Below are positions 52,407 to 64,000 of a DNA stretch of 64,000 nucleotides, piece after piece; position 1 is the stretch's first letter; each line of letters starts with the position of its first letter. A model generated the notes under the pieces. That model had not been told where the DNA came from. It worked only from the letters and a program-made list of their open reading frames with translations, and made no database searches. The stretch is taken from NCBI GenBank assembly GCA_951406725.2, contig OX597814.1, forward strand, positions 214,706,001 to 214,770,000, written 5' to 3'. A program made the position numbers and the translations under genes. The stretch comes from Octopus vulgaris (lineage: Eukaryota).

Positions 52407-52557
52407 GTAAGTAGCTTGCTAACCAACCACATGGTTCCAGGTTCAGTCCCACTGTGTGGCATCTTGGGCAAGTGTCTACTGCTATAGCCCCGGGCCGACC
52501 AATGCCTTGTGAGTGGATTTGGTAGATGGAAACTGAAAGAAGCCTGTCGTTTATATG

Positions 52558-52594
<37 letters not shown>

Positions 52595-52784
52595 GTTTGT
52601 CCCCCTAGCATTGCTTGACAACCGATGCTGGTGTGTTTACGTCCCCGTCACTTAGCAGTTCGGCAAAAGAGACCGATAGAATAAGTACTGGGCTTACAAA
52701 GAATAAGTCCCGGGGTCGATTTGCTCGACTAAAGGCGGTGCTCCAGCATGGCCGCAGTCAAATGACTGAAACAAGTAAAAGAGT
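52407..52784 (+). mobile_element. SINE family A
   Basis: Family A consensus, nested in a minus-strand SINE C2. Confidence 0.9.
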
Positions 52785-53804
52785 ATGAATGAAATACCTC
52801 TAAGCATTTTGTCTATCATGCTACCTTAATTTAAACATATTTTGCAATTTTCAATTCAACATTTGTAGATGTGATGAACAAGCTTTATATTTTTTCTTTA
52901 TATAAGAATTTTGACATTACTCTGCTTTAATATCAGTTTCAAATTTTGGCAGAAGGGTAGCAAGTTAAGTTAAGTTAATTTTTTGGCTCAAAAAGCAAAA
53001 AGCAAGGTCATATAGGGGGAGATGGAGTTATGTACAGGGTGGTGTTCATGCAAGGAGTTCAGGTCATTTGTGGTCAAGGGAGACTTTGAACCAAGCGTTC
53101 ATCGGCATCTTCACTATCTTGTCCGGCAGCTTATTCCACGGATCCGCAACCCGGACGGAGAAAGCCCCTCTCCTTGGGGGGAGGGGGGGGGTAATTCGAT
53201 TACATTTACACCAGTATTCAACTGGTATTTATTTTACAGACCCCCCCCCCACACCACAAAAAAAAAAAAAGATGAAAAGCAAAGCCAACCCCTGAAGAAT
53301 TTGAACTCAAACTGTAAAGTTTAAGGAAATGCCACTAAGTATGCTAATGATTCTGCCAACTTGCTCCTTTATTGTCTCATTATCAAAATAGTAATTTTAT
53401 TCTGTTTTGAAGAATATGTCACAATGGATCCAAATAATACAAGAAATTGGAAAATATAGCTGAGTGTAATGTGCGTTGCAAAAATGAATGCACAAATTAA
53501 TTTTGGTGCATTTATTTTAATGAATGCGCATTTTTGTACATTTAGCAACACATTTTCCAATAAATATATAATGATTGTGCTATTGGACCATGAAAATACA
53601 TAAATATTTCAGTTCATAATGCATGATGAAATTTACAGAAAATAATAGCGATTCATTGAAAAATGTTCAATGAAATAATATTTGAATTACACTGACATCA
53701 TATTTACCAGAATGTGACAGAATTCATATTTTCCGCAATGTTTATGAGAAAATTGAAATGAAATAACAAAACAGAAATTGCAGACAATATTTCAAGTGAT
53801 GATT

Positions 53805-54128
53805 TAAAGACTCCGCCGGTTACGACGACGAGGGTCCCAGCTGATACGATCAACGGAACAGCTTGCTCGTGAAATTAACGTGCAAATGGCTGAGCATTCC
53901 ACAGACACGTGTACCCTTAAAGTAGTTCTCGGGGATAATCAGCGTGACACAGAGAGTGACAAGGCTGACCCTTTGAAATACAAGTACAACTCATTTTTGC
54001 CAGCTGAGTGGACTGGAGCAACGTGAAATAAAGTGTCTTGCTCAAGGACACAACGCGTCGCCGGGAATCGAACTCACAACCTTACGATCATGAGCCGAAT
54101 GCCTTAACCACTAAGCCACGTGCCCTCA
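53805..54128 (-). mobile_element. tRNA-derived SINE, head H2 (CORE-like) + tail T2
   Basis: A box TGGCTTAGTGG, B box GTTCGATTCC, TCCTTGAGCAAGACACTT; TSD CAAGTGATGATT (53793-53804, 54129-54140). Confidence 0.92.
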
Positions 54129-54279
54129 CAAGTGATGATTAGTGCAAGCATGAAATAATTTGTCATTTGTCATTATGTGTATGTCTTAATAATCACAAAA
54201 ATATCTTCTTTTCATAAAATGAGTGTGTATGTGTGTTTGTGTGTGTGTGCATGTGTGTGTTGTGTGTGTTGTGTATATA

Positions 54280-54511
54280 TATTTCTTTACTACCCACAAG
54301 GGGCTAAACCCAGAGGAGACAAACAAGGACAGACATAGGTATTAAGTCGATTACATCGACCCCAGTGCGTAACTGGTACTTAATTTATCAACCTCGAAAG
54401 GATGAAAAGCAAAGTGGACCTCGGCGGAATTTGAACTCAGAACGTAACAGCAGATGAAATCCGGCTACGCATTTCGCCCGGCGTACTAACGTTTCTGCCA
54501 GCTCGCTGCCT
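54280..54511 (-). mobile_element. SINE family C (C1)
   Basis: Matches 29909-30138. Confidence 0.9.
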
Positions 54512-54774
54512 ATGTGTCGTGTATATAAATGTATCTATGGGAGAGAGTCAGTTCTGAGTGATGTGAGTTTGTGTATTTTATTGTGGTACACACTGGTTGT
54601 CAGTGAAAACTGCAGCTTTTATAACGGTCAGTATACTCTAAGACTTATTTGTATGAGGGATTTACTCTTAACTAACCAAAGAGCTCCCTGCTACAACTGT
54701 TGTATTACTCCCGCTTCAGATGGTTAGGGGAGGAGATTGATCATCAGATACCAGTGTACTGATTATTTATATGA

Positions 54775-54995
54775 GTGATTTACACTTAAAGTGATTACAC
54801 TGAAAGATTTACACTTACAAAGATTTACACTTAAAAATTTACACTTAAAAATTTACACTTAAAATTTACACTTTTAAAATTTACACTTTTAAAATTTACA
54901 CTTTAAAATTTACACTTTTAAAATTTACACTTTAAAATTTACACTTAAAAAGATTTACAATTAAAGTGATTTACACTTAAAGATTTACACTTAAA
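54775..54995. repeat. ~12-14-bp minisatellite (ATTTACACTT(T)AAA)n
   Basis: About 16 units, between 90-bp direct repeats. Confidence 0.92.
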
Positions 54996-55780
54996 GAAAG
55001 TGGTCTGATTATTTGGAAATGTCCAAGAAAAAGAAGTGATCATATAACTAACCAAAGAGTTCACTGCTACAACTGTTGCATTACTCCCGCTTCAGATGAT
55101 TAGGGGAGGAGATTGGTCATCAGATACCAGTGTACTGGAAACTGTGCCAAGCGAGTGAGTGTGTAGATGATGACTTGTACAAAAAGAGCAGGGCAGTGGA
55201 TATGTTGTCCAGATCTAGTTTTGATAACTGGTGATGATAGTGAAGAATGAGAAGTACTGGAGAAAATAAAAATGAATTGATGGAGCTGAACTGACCTGAC
55301 AGGATGAGAATTCATGCGTCACAAAGGTGCCATATAGCAACTTGAGGTGGGATCTTTAACCTTCTGACAAGTGATGCAGATCCTGGTCCATTCGTGAGTT
55401 CCTGCATTGATACCAGTCCAAGTGAAATGAACTGAACTCAGTCAATCTCTATGTTTTGTTGGCACCAAGACATGACAAGCAACAGAGTGCAGTGGAAGGT
55501 GCATTTACAGTTATCTCATGATGTCAGGGCTAGGTGACTGTAATACACACACACACACACATGCATGCACATGTGCACCCATGCATGTGCACACACACAC
55601 ATACATGCACACGTGCACGCACCCATGCATACACACATACATGCGTGCACACATACACACACATACACATATACAGACGACAGGCTTCTTTCAGTTTCCA
55701 TCTGCCAAATCCACTCGCAAGGCTTTGGTTGACCTGAGACTGAACCTGGAACCATACAAATGGGAAGCAAACTTCCAATA

Positions 55781-56112
55781 TCATCATCATCATCGTTTAA
55801 CGTCTGCTTTCCATGCTAGCATGGGTTGGACGATTTGACTGAGGACTGGCAAACCAGATGGCTGCACCAGGCTCCAATCTTGTTCTGGCAGAGTTTCTAC
55901 AGCTGGATGCCCTTCCTAACGCCAACCACTCCGAGAGTGTAGTGGGTGCTTTTACATGCCACCGGCATGAGAGCCAGTCAGGCGGTACTGGCAACGGCCA
56001 CGAAAAAATCGTGTTTTTTTATGTGCCACCTGCACACCGGCCCAAGTGCCAGTAAGGTGATGCTGGTAACGATCACGCTCGAATGGTGGTTTTTACCTGC
56101 CACTGGCACAAA
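55781..56112 (-). mobile_element. RTE-type LINE 3' end (family B)
   Basis: Tail plus UTR units. Confidence 0.87.
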
Positions 56113-56317
56113 CACCAGTTATGCACTATATATAACTCAATCACAGTACTTGTGAGAAGGGCTGATAGGAACAGCTGGCCATCTTCCTACTGACCCTTCT
56201 GATGTGTGCTGGGACTAGGTTTTTCTAAAACTCTCATGAATAAGACTGATTGATAAAATTGGCTGAAATGGATCTGTAATACTGTATTCTATAAATATTA
56301 ATATACCCACTCTAGTG

Positions 56318-56675
<358 letters not shown>

Positions 56676-57612
56676 CACACACACACACACACATATGTAT
56701 ACATATGAAAGCATATATATAATTTATGTATGATACACACATATAGACATTTTTTAGTATTATTTTAGAAATATATACACCTTTTAACAGATTTCAGTTG
56801 AATCATTTTGGATTTTTGTTAAATAAATGCTCTACTGAGTTCCTTTAATCCTTTTTACTATACTTTTCATAGTTTTATACAACTGCAGCTTATTCTCAGA
56901 TATTCTACTCAATTGTATCTGTTACAATTCTGTTACTCATCAAGAGGATAACTTTCATCAGCGTTTTTTCTTTTATATTTTTCACATCTTCATCTTTTTG
57001 GTTTCTGAATCCAATGTATATACATATCAAGGAGAAAGAAAGTGTGAATGATGCCATGTTAGTATTACAAGAGATTGGTAACTTATTAACATGGATATAA
57101 CAAGATGGAAGAGAGATTTACACGCTCACTTGTTCTTATGCATTTGGTTTCCCGTCTGTACCCGCATTGCTACTTTATCAGGATGGTTCTTGTTATAAAC
57201 AGAATCCCCAATTATAAAAAAAAAAGAAGAAATTTTCTGCATAGAACATCTATGTTTCGATGACTGATTGAATACATTGGCTTAAAGGATAAAAGTATTC
57301 CAGTACTTTGGTAATGTTAATGTTTTGTGGTTATGCAAATAATATTTCCCAGGATTTTCAACATATGATTCAGGAATAGATCTAAAAAAAAAAAAGAAAG
57401 AAAAGACAAGAAACACAGAGGCATAGATTCATGTGAAAAAGACAGAAAGCATATGGATTTTGAAAATGTAATATTCAAATTTCTTCTTCACATTTCTTAA
57501 GCTGTTACTTTCTAATGTGTGTACATCATTCCTGTATAATAATAATATCTAGTCTTTTTAAACTGACGTTTCAAATATGCATTACATCATCATCATCATC
57601 ATCATCGTTTAA

Positions 57613-58658
57613 CCCTTTCATTACCAAACCGCCCAAAGCCGCCCGAAAAAAATTTTGGTTAATGTGACCAAACTGCCCAAACCCGCCCGTATTTACCTAT
57701 TCATATTTAAATGAGAATATCAGAGCAAATCTCTTTAGTACATTCGTGAAAACACGTATTATACTTCATAAACAGTTCAACTACAGTTTTGTACAACAAT
57801 CGAAGTGTAATTTTAATTCCGTGAATTTTGGGAAATTTTTTTCCGAAATTTGTTCCTATTGTGTTTTCAAAATTTGTAATTCTGACAAAAAATAGATACG
57901 AATTTCATTATATCAAGCAGCGAGTCAGAATTCGAAGGATTTTCTAGTGAAGACCTTCATAAATCTAACTCTATGACTGAAAAATAAAAGCACGTGGTAT
58001 TTGATAATGAATCTGATGTTTCATTTTCCGAAAGTGAAAACAGTGAATCTGAGAGCTCCAACAGCGATAAAGAAAATGAATTGGCACCTGAATGGAGTGA
58101 AAATTTAAAAACTGTTTCTTTCGGTGATTTTTCTGAAGAAACTGGACCAAGCCACAGACTTTCCCAGAAGGGTAAAGCCTTAGACTATTTCTATTTACTT
58201 TTTCGAATGAGCCTATTTGAAATCATTACGGCGGAAACGAACCGTTACGCTAAACGTAAACAAAGCGAAAGAAAAGATAGTTAGTGGTTTCCCATAACCT
58301 TAAATGAAATTAAGACTATTTTGCCATAAATATTATTATGGGTATCAGAAAGTTACCCAGAATAACAAATTCTATCATAAAATTTTGTTGTATACTCAAT
58401 TGAATATTAGCTAATAACCCATTTTCTATAGCGATGTTTGAACAAAATTTTAATAATTTAATATTTTGTTGAATTTACCTGTATCTACCTGCAGTTAGAC
58501 AAAAATTATAGTATAGAATTGGTTGAGAACATTTCATTAAATTATCTTCCAAAATTCACGTTAATATATTGATAAATAAAAAAGTTATAGTTGTTTAATG
58601 AAACCAGACTAAATTTATGATTATATTAGAAATTAATTGAAATATAGTAACGAAAGGG
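57613..58658 (+). mobile_element. Internally deleted piggyBac element with transposase N-terminus
   Basis: TTAA|CCCTTTCATTAC...GTAACGAAAGGG|TTAA; acidic N-terminus then GPS..LDYFYLLF..IITAETNRYA..W...IIMGIRKLP (PGBD-like); sits inside RTE tail 57585-58905. Confidence 0.9.
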
Positions 58659-59103
58659 TTAACATCCGTTTTCCGCGCTAGCATGGGTTGGACGGTGCGA
58701 CTGGGGTCTGGGAAGCCAGGGGCTGCATCAGGCTCCAGTCTTATCTGGCAGTGTTTCTACAGCTGGATGCCCTTCCTAACGCCAACCACTCTGCGAGTGT
58801 AGTGGGTGCTTTTTACGTGCCACCTGCACAGGTGCCAGGGGAGTCCGGCATCGGCCACGATCGGTTGGTGCTTTTAACGTTCCACCGGCACGGAAGCCAG
58901 TCAAGGCTGAAAAATTTACTGTTTTATGTATATTTTCCATTGCAGAAAGAAAATATAAACCCTTTTACAAAAGGCCAAAGTACAATATTTTGTTTTCTTC
59001 CTTAATGCCTTTGATATTGCTCTTTTGTGTAAAAGCCAAAATAATTAACCTTGAATTACTGAAAAAAAAAGGAACAAAAAAAAAATTTCAGATACAAGAT
59101 ATA

Positions 59104-59265
59104 GGCGCAGGAGTGGCTGTGTGGTAAGTAGCTTGCTAACCAGCCACATGGTTCCGGGTTCAGTCCCACTGCATGGCATCTTGGGCAAGTGTCTTCTGCT
59201 ATAGCCTCGGGTCGACCAAAGCCTTGTGAGTGGATTTGGTAGACGGAAACCGAAAGAAGCCTGTC

Positions 59266-59315
<50 letters not shown>

Positions 59316-59530
59316 ATGTGTTTGTGTGTCTGTGTTTGTCCCCCAAGCATTGCTTGACAACCGATGCTGGTGCGTTTACGTCCCCGTCACTTAGCGGTTC
59401 GGCAAAAGAGACCGATAGAATAATTACTAGGCTTACAAAGAATAAGTCCTGGGGTCGATTTGCTCGACTAAAGGCAGTGCTCCAGCATGGCCGTAGTCAA
59501 ATGACTGAAACAAGTAAAAGAGTAAAAGAG
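59104..59530 (+). mobile_element. SINE family A, full length, young
   Basis: Family A consensus. Confidence 0.93.
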
Positions 59531-59874
59531 AGAGGAAGTTTAGTCCTTTAGTGTTCAGATTAATCTGTCAAATATAATGCTTATTTATTCACATTATTTT
59601 GAATCAATCATGCATGATCTTGTAGCTTTGCGATTTCAATTATGTGATTGTTTATTTTCAGACTAACATCCATTGTCAGGTAGATGTGAGAGGCTGGATC
59701 TATGTTTGAACACAGAACAAGTAGAATATTTAGGTTGGATATGGTTAGTTTAAAAGCTACATGATTAAATTAAAAAAATACAATTCAAATATATGTTATG
59801 TTTTTGTTATTCATCAGAGCATGACACTTTGCATGTTCCTTGAGACTCGAACTGGTTATATCATTCTTTTTTGG

Positions 59875-60084
59875 CAAGGTGGGTGAACCGTTAGCACATT
59901 GGGCTTGAAGCTTAGCAGCATTTTGTCTGTCTCTATGTTCTGAGTTCAAATTCCACCAAGGTTGACTTTGCCTTTCATTCTTTCAGGATCAATAAAATAA
60001 ATACCAGTTGAGTACTGGGGTCAGTGTAATTGACTCACCCCTCTCCCCAAAACTGCTGGTCTTGTGCCAAAATTTGAAACCAAT
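59875..60084 (+). mobile_element. SINE family C (C2)
   Basis: Matches 7020-7233. Confidence 0.78.
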
Positions 60085-61102
60085 ATTTTTTAACTCTATA
60101 GATACCAGCCTTCCTGAAATCACACTGATTCTCTGATACAGACTTCCAGTTTTTAACTGGTTTAAATTAATACCTTCCATCAAAATTTTATGTTAATTTA
60201 TATTTCAAACACAAGCTTAGTAATGACAAAGATATTTTACCAAATTCTTCATTGCTTCATAATCAATTGAAACAGAGGCAGAATATTTCAACAGAACTAT
60301 GGTAACAGAAGGCTTAATGAAATTATTGTTGACAACTAATGCAGGTTTTGTATAAGCAAATGCCTTACTATCCAATTAAAGGTTGTTCTTTCACAGCTGT
60401 TAGCTTATACATCATTGTTCCTCAGGAAGAATTCAATGACGTATTTGTAGCACAGTTAACAGCACTCAATACCTTCTGTGCCATCATTGGTCTTGAGGAG
60501 TGGGTGTTGTCTGTGGGTACAGTATGGATGATTTTAGACAAAAGTCTTCTACTCCTCCTAATAAGTATACAACTATGTCTGATAAAAGACTGGTATTAAG
60601 GATTCCATTTAGCTATTTGATGCTGGAGGTAGTTTTCGAGATTGTTGCTGAAAATACCACCATAACTATGGCATATTGTGTACATCCAGCAGCTCATAAT
60701 CACAGTTCTGTACTATGCACACACATGCACACAAACACACACACACACACACATGCACTCACACACATACATGCACTCATACATTTATGCCAACACAGAA
60801 ATAGTTACATACACACACGCATACATGCCAATGCAGATTCAACTCCAGTCCCCTTGGATTCTATTTTATACCTACATACATGCATGTGTGTGGGTGTGTG
60901 CACCTGTATGCATAGATTATGCAGCACACAAACTTATATATATATATGACATTTTTAATTGTCACTTCAAGACAGTTGTTTTATATGACCCCAACAGGAT
61001 TATCTATTTTTAGGTTTTATTTCTTGATATGTTTATATAAAAGCAGAACACAGATGGTTAAAGCAGTAGGTAGAACTCTAGACTGGTTCCTGTATTATAT
61101 AT

Positions 61103-62780
61103 ACAGGAGTTGAACAAAATAATGCAGACATCTTCCTAAATAGAAGTTTCATTATTAAATACGAAGTTAAGGCGGCGAGCTGGCAGAATCGTTAGCATGA
61201 AACACTTAGTAGTATTTCACCTGTTGCTCCATTCTGAGTTCAAATTTTGCTGAAGTCAACTTTGTCTTTTCATCCTTTCGGGGCTGAGGAATTAAGTACC
61301 AGTGAAATACTGGGGTCAATGTAATCGACTAGATCCCTCCCCTCAATTCTGTACTATGCACACACATGCACACATGCACTCACACACATACATGCACTCA
61401 TACTCATATATTTCTTTACTACCCACAAGGGGCTAAACACAGAGAGGACTTACAAGGACAGACAAAGGGATTAAGTCGATTACATTGACCCCAGTGCACA
61501 ACTGGTACTTAATTTATCGACCCCGAAAGGATGAAAGGCAAAGTCGACCTCGGCGGAATTTGAACTCAGAACGTAATGACAGACGAAATACGGCTACGCA
61601 TTTCGCCCGGCATGCTAACATTTCTGCCAGATCACCGCCTTATACACATATGCCAACACTGAAATAGTCACACTCACACACACACACACACACACAAATA
61701 CATGCCAATGTTGATCAACTCCAGTCCCCTTGTGCCTATAGTAGAAAGGATTATTAAATACAAAGTTGGTCCACCTTTGGCATCAGTTACAACCTTAATA
61801 TGTCATGGCATTGATTCATACAGGTTTTGAACATTTGTTAGAAGAACTTTGAGCCACTCTTCAAGTAAAACCTGCTATAAGCTCTTTCAGTAATGATGAT
61901 GGAGGGAAGTAACACCTCACTTGTTGCCGGAAAATGTACCAAAAATCTTTGGTTTTATTGAAATTTAGTGATTCTAGGAGTGAAGGGAAATGGTCTACTT
62001 CACTTTTGTACATTTTGTATCAGTTTTTAATAACATTAACCATGTGAATCATAGTATTATTGCCCAGGAAGATTGTACAAACAGCAAGGGACAATGTTTG
62101 TACTATAGGATGGCTATGATCAGCCAAGACATTCAGATAGCATTTGATGTTGACTCTGCCATAAGGAACAACTAAAAGGCCAAGAGAATTATAAGATATG
62201 GCAGCCCAAATAATCACAGTTCTGTCTCCATACTTCACAACAGAAGCCAAACAGTCAGAAATGAAGGCATTTTGGGGGCTCTCTAGATATAACCTGATCC
62301 CAAAGCAGGAAAGAAGTTGAACGATGATTTATAACAGACAATGACATTGTTCCTTTGAACAATTGTTCACTTCTGATAATCTGGACACCATTTTTTCCAC
62401 TTATCAATTTTGATAGGGGATTGGAAAGGTTTAGAAATTGCAGTCTCTAATGACATCCAGTTTTATGTAGCTTATGGTGAACAGTTTTGGTTGACACAGT
62501 GTTGGCAAAGTGGTTGTTCTACTCTGTTGTCATTTTGAAGCTGAGTCAGATAGTTTCTAGATACATTCTGTGGTCCCTCTCTGTGAACTTTGCCTTCTGT
62601 CCAGAATTATGCCTGCCAGAACTGGTTTTTACTTTAGTCTTAGAATGCCAACATGATTTTAGTTATTGTACTTCTTGAAACATTAAACAATTCTACAGTT
62701 TTAGTGACTGAAGCTCCAACCATTTGTGCTCCAATAATTTGTCCTCTATGGTAATCTGGTAGGTCATGCATTTTAACTTA
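61103..62780 (-). mobile_element. Tc1-like element with decayed transposase and nested SINEs
   Basis: VKYGDRTVIIWAAISYNSLG...VNIKCYLNVL (cf. Tc1 VKHGGGSVMVWG); TA|CAGGAGTTGAACAAAATAATG end, similar TIR at 45038-45069. Confidence 0.8.
61170..61755 (+). mobile_element. SINE C2 with captured local DNA and nested SINE C1 (61409-61640, minus)
   Basis: Flanking duplication ATTATTAAATAC(G/A)AAGTT at ~61151-61168 and ~61751-61768. Confidence 0.85.
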
Positions 62781-62785
62781 CTTAA

Positions 62786-63005
62786 CCCTTTCATTACCAG
62801 CCCTACTGAAACTAGCTCTGGATCTGAATACAAAGGTCTTGTTTTCAGAAGTTTTGAATTAAAATCTTCCACCAAACCTTAGTCACAATTTATGTTCCTA
62901 ACACTAGCTGAATGATAACTAAGTTGTTTTACTAAATTCTTTGTTATATTTAAATTAATTGGAAGAAACACAGAACATCTCAAAATAAATACGGTAATGA
63001 AAGGG
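62786..63005 (-). mobile_element. piggyBac-type MITE (family E)
   Basis: TTAA|CCCTTTCATTAC...GTAATGAAAGGG|TTAA. Confidence 0.9.
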
Positions 63006-63044
63006 TTAAATATAAATGCCTGCAAAAAAGAATGAAGAAAAACT

Positions 63045-63453
63045 GAGGGCTGTATCATGAAGTACAAGGCATACATAATACACATGAACCCATATACATA
63101 GACTCCAAATTTGCCATCAAGATGTAGGACAAGATACTGTGATAGCCTGGGCTTCCGAGGCCCACAGCTCTTCAATATCCTCCCGAAGAACCTAAGAGAC
63201 CTGCATGGGGTGGATGCAGATGTCTTTAAAATAAAACAGGATCTCTTCTTGTCAGGTGTCCCAGATGAACCAACTTCATGGCAGGAGGTGCAGATGAGGG
63301 CAGCTGCATCGAACTCTCTCATGCACCAGATGGCATTTGCTAAAAGGCATTCGCTAAGTAAAATCATGTAGCAACACCAAATGGCGGTGCCCCAGCATGG
63401 CCACAGCTTGTGAGCTGAAACTAGATAAAAATAAAAAATAAAATAAAAATAGA
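63045..63453 (+). mobile_element. CR1/L2-like LINE 3' end (RT C-terminus and tail)
   Basis: DSLGFRGPQLFNILPKNLRDL..DVFK..DLFLSGVPDEP; tail GGCGGTGCCCCAGCATGGCCACAGCTTGTGAGCTGAAAC(TAAAA)n. Confidence 0.85.
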
Positions 63454-64000
63454 GTTGAACAGTTTTGAACAGTTAAATAAAAAAAAATGCTGTTTCCAGT
63501 CCAACCACTGTACACACACACACACACACACAGAGTATACTCACACTCACCCACCGCTCTATTACTCCATTCTCTTCCACCCTTATTATACCCCCTCCAC
63601 CACCATCTCATTTGTTATGCCCATCATGGTGTTCTACCAAGCACCACACTTTCTCCTGGATTACCCCTGTTGCCACCCAACACCCCATCTTTCCTTTATC
63701 TCACTATTTGCCTTTACACCCCTAGAGTACCCACAACTTTTCTTTCTTCCACTGTGATTGCTGCACTACCCAGCGTTTCTTCTACCCCCTCTCTATCTTA
63801 CTGACCCCTCTGCCCTTCCCCACCTTCTATGGTTCAGGGTGTGGCATTCACACTCTGTTCTTCTCCTTCCCTCTACCTCTGTTGTACCTTCCAGGCCTCT
63901 TTTCCCTTCATCACTCTCTCACTGCACTCATTCACTGCTGTTTATTCTTTCATTCTTTTATTCTTGTTTCAGTCATATGACTGCGGCCATGCTGGAGCAC

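Noticed and set aside
56915-56970. Minus-strand CUGAUGA with a stem II-like hairpin
   Set aside because: Followed by GAAU rather than GAAA, and no stem I partner.
57994-58284. Domesticated PGBD gene
   Set aside because: In-frame stops, catalytic domain deleted, TIRs and TSD intact: a defective transposon.
60339-60700. Plus-strand membrane-protein ORF
   Set aside because: No family recognised; the minus strand weakly resembles a decayed LINE RT C-terminus, too weak to list.

Overview
AT-rich, microsatellite-saturated animal DNA made mostly of nested transposable elements. The repeat types point to a cephalopod, probably Octopus (inference from repeat style, not a database match). No intact host protein-coding gene is supported, and nearly all ORF-track entries translate microsatellites, SINEs or decayed transposon genes. 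Contents: (i) several tRNA-derived SINE families built from interchangeable heads and tails; (ii) many 5'-truncated RTE-type LINE 3' ends ending in (GAT)n, with a ~62-63 bp tandem repeat in the 3' UTR; (iii) CR1/L2-like LINE ends whose 3' stem-loop is shared with the commonest SINE; (iv) decayed Tc1/mariner, pogo-like, piggyBac and hAT DNA transposons and MITEs. The main unannotated signal is at least seven hammerhead-ribozyme motifs from about six unrelated sequence families (25.9-27.1, 31.5, 36.5 and 47.7 kb). They lie in short ORF-less, microsatellite-flanked, often inverted-repeat modules resembling Penelope-like pLTRs, and several module breakpoints fall at or near the predicted self-cleavage site. 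There is also a perfect 24-bp hairpin inside an exon-like segment at 5.7-5.8 kb. All calls are from reading the sequence by eye; element boundaries are approximate unless a TSD or TIR is quoted.
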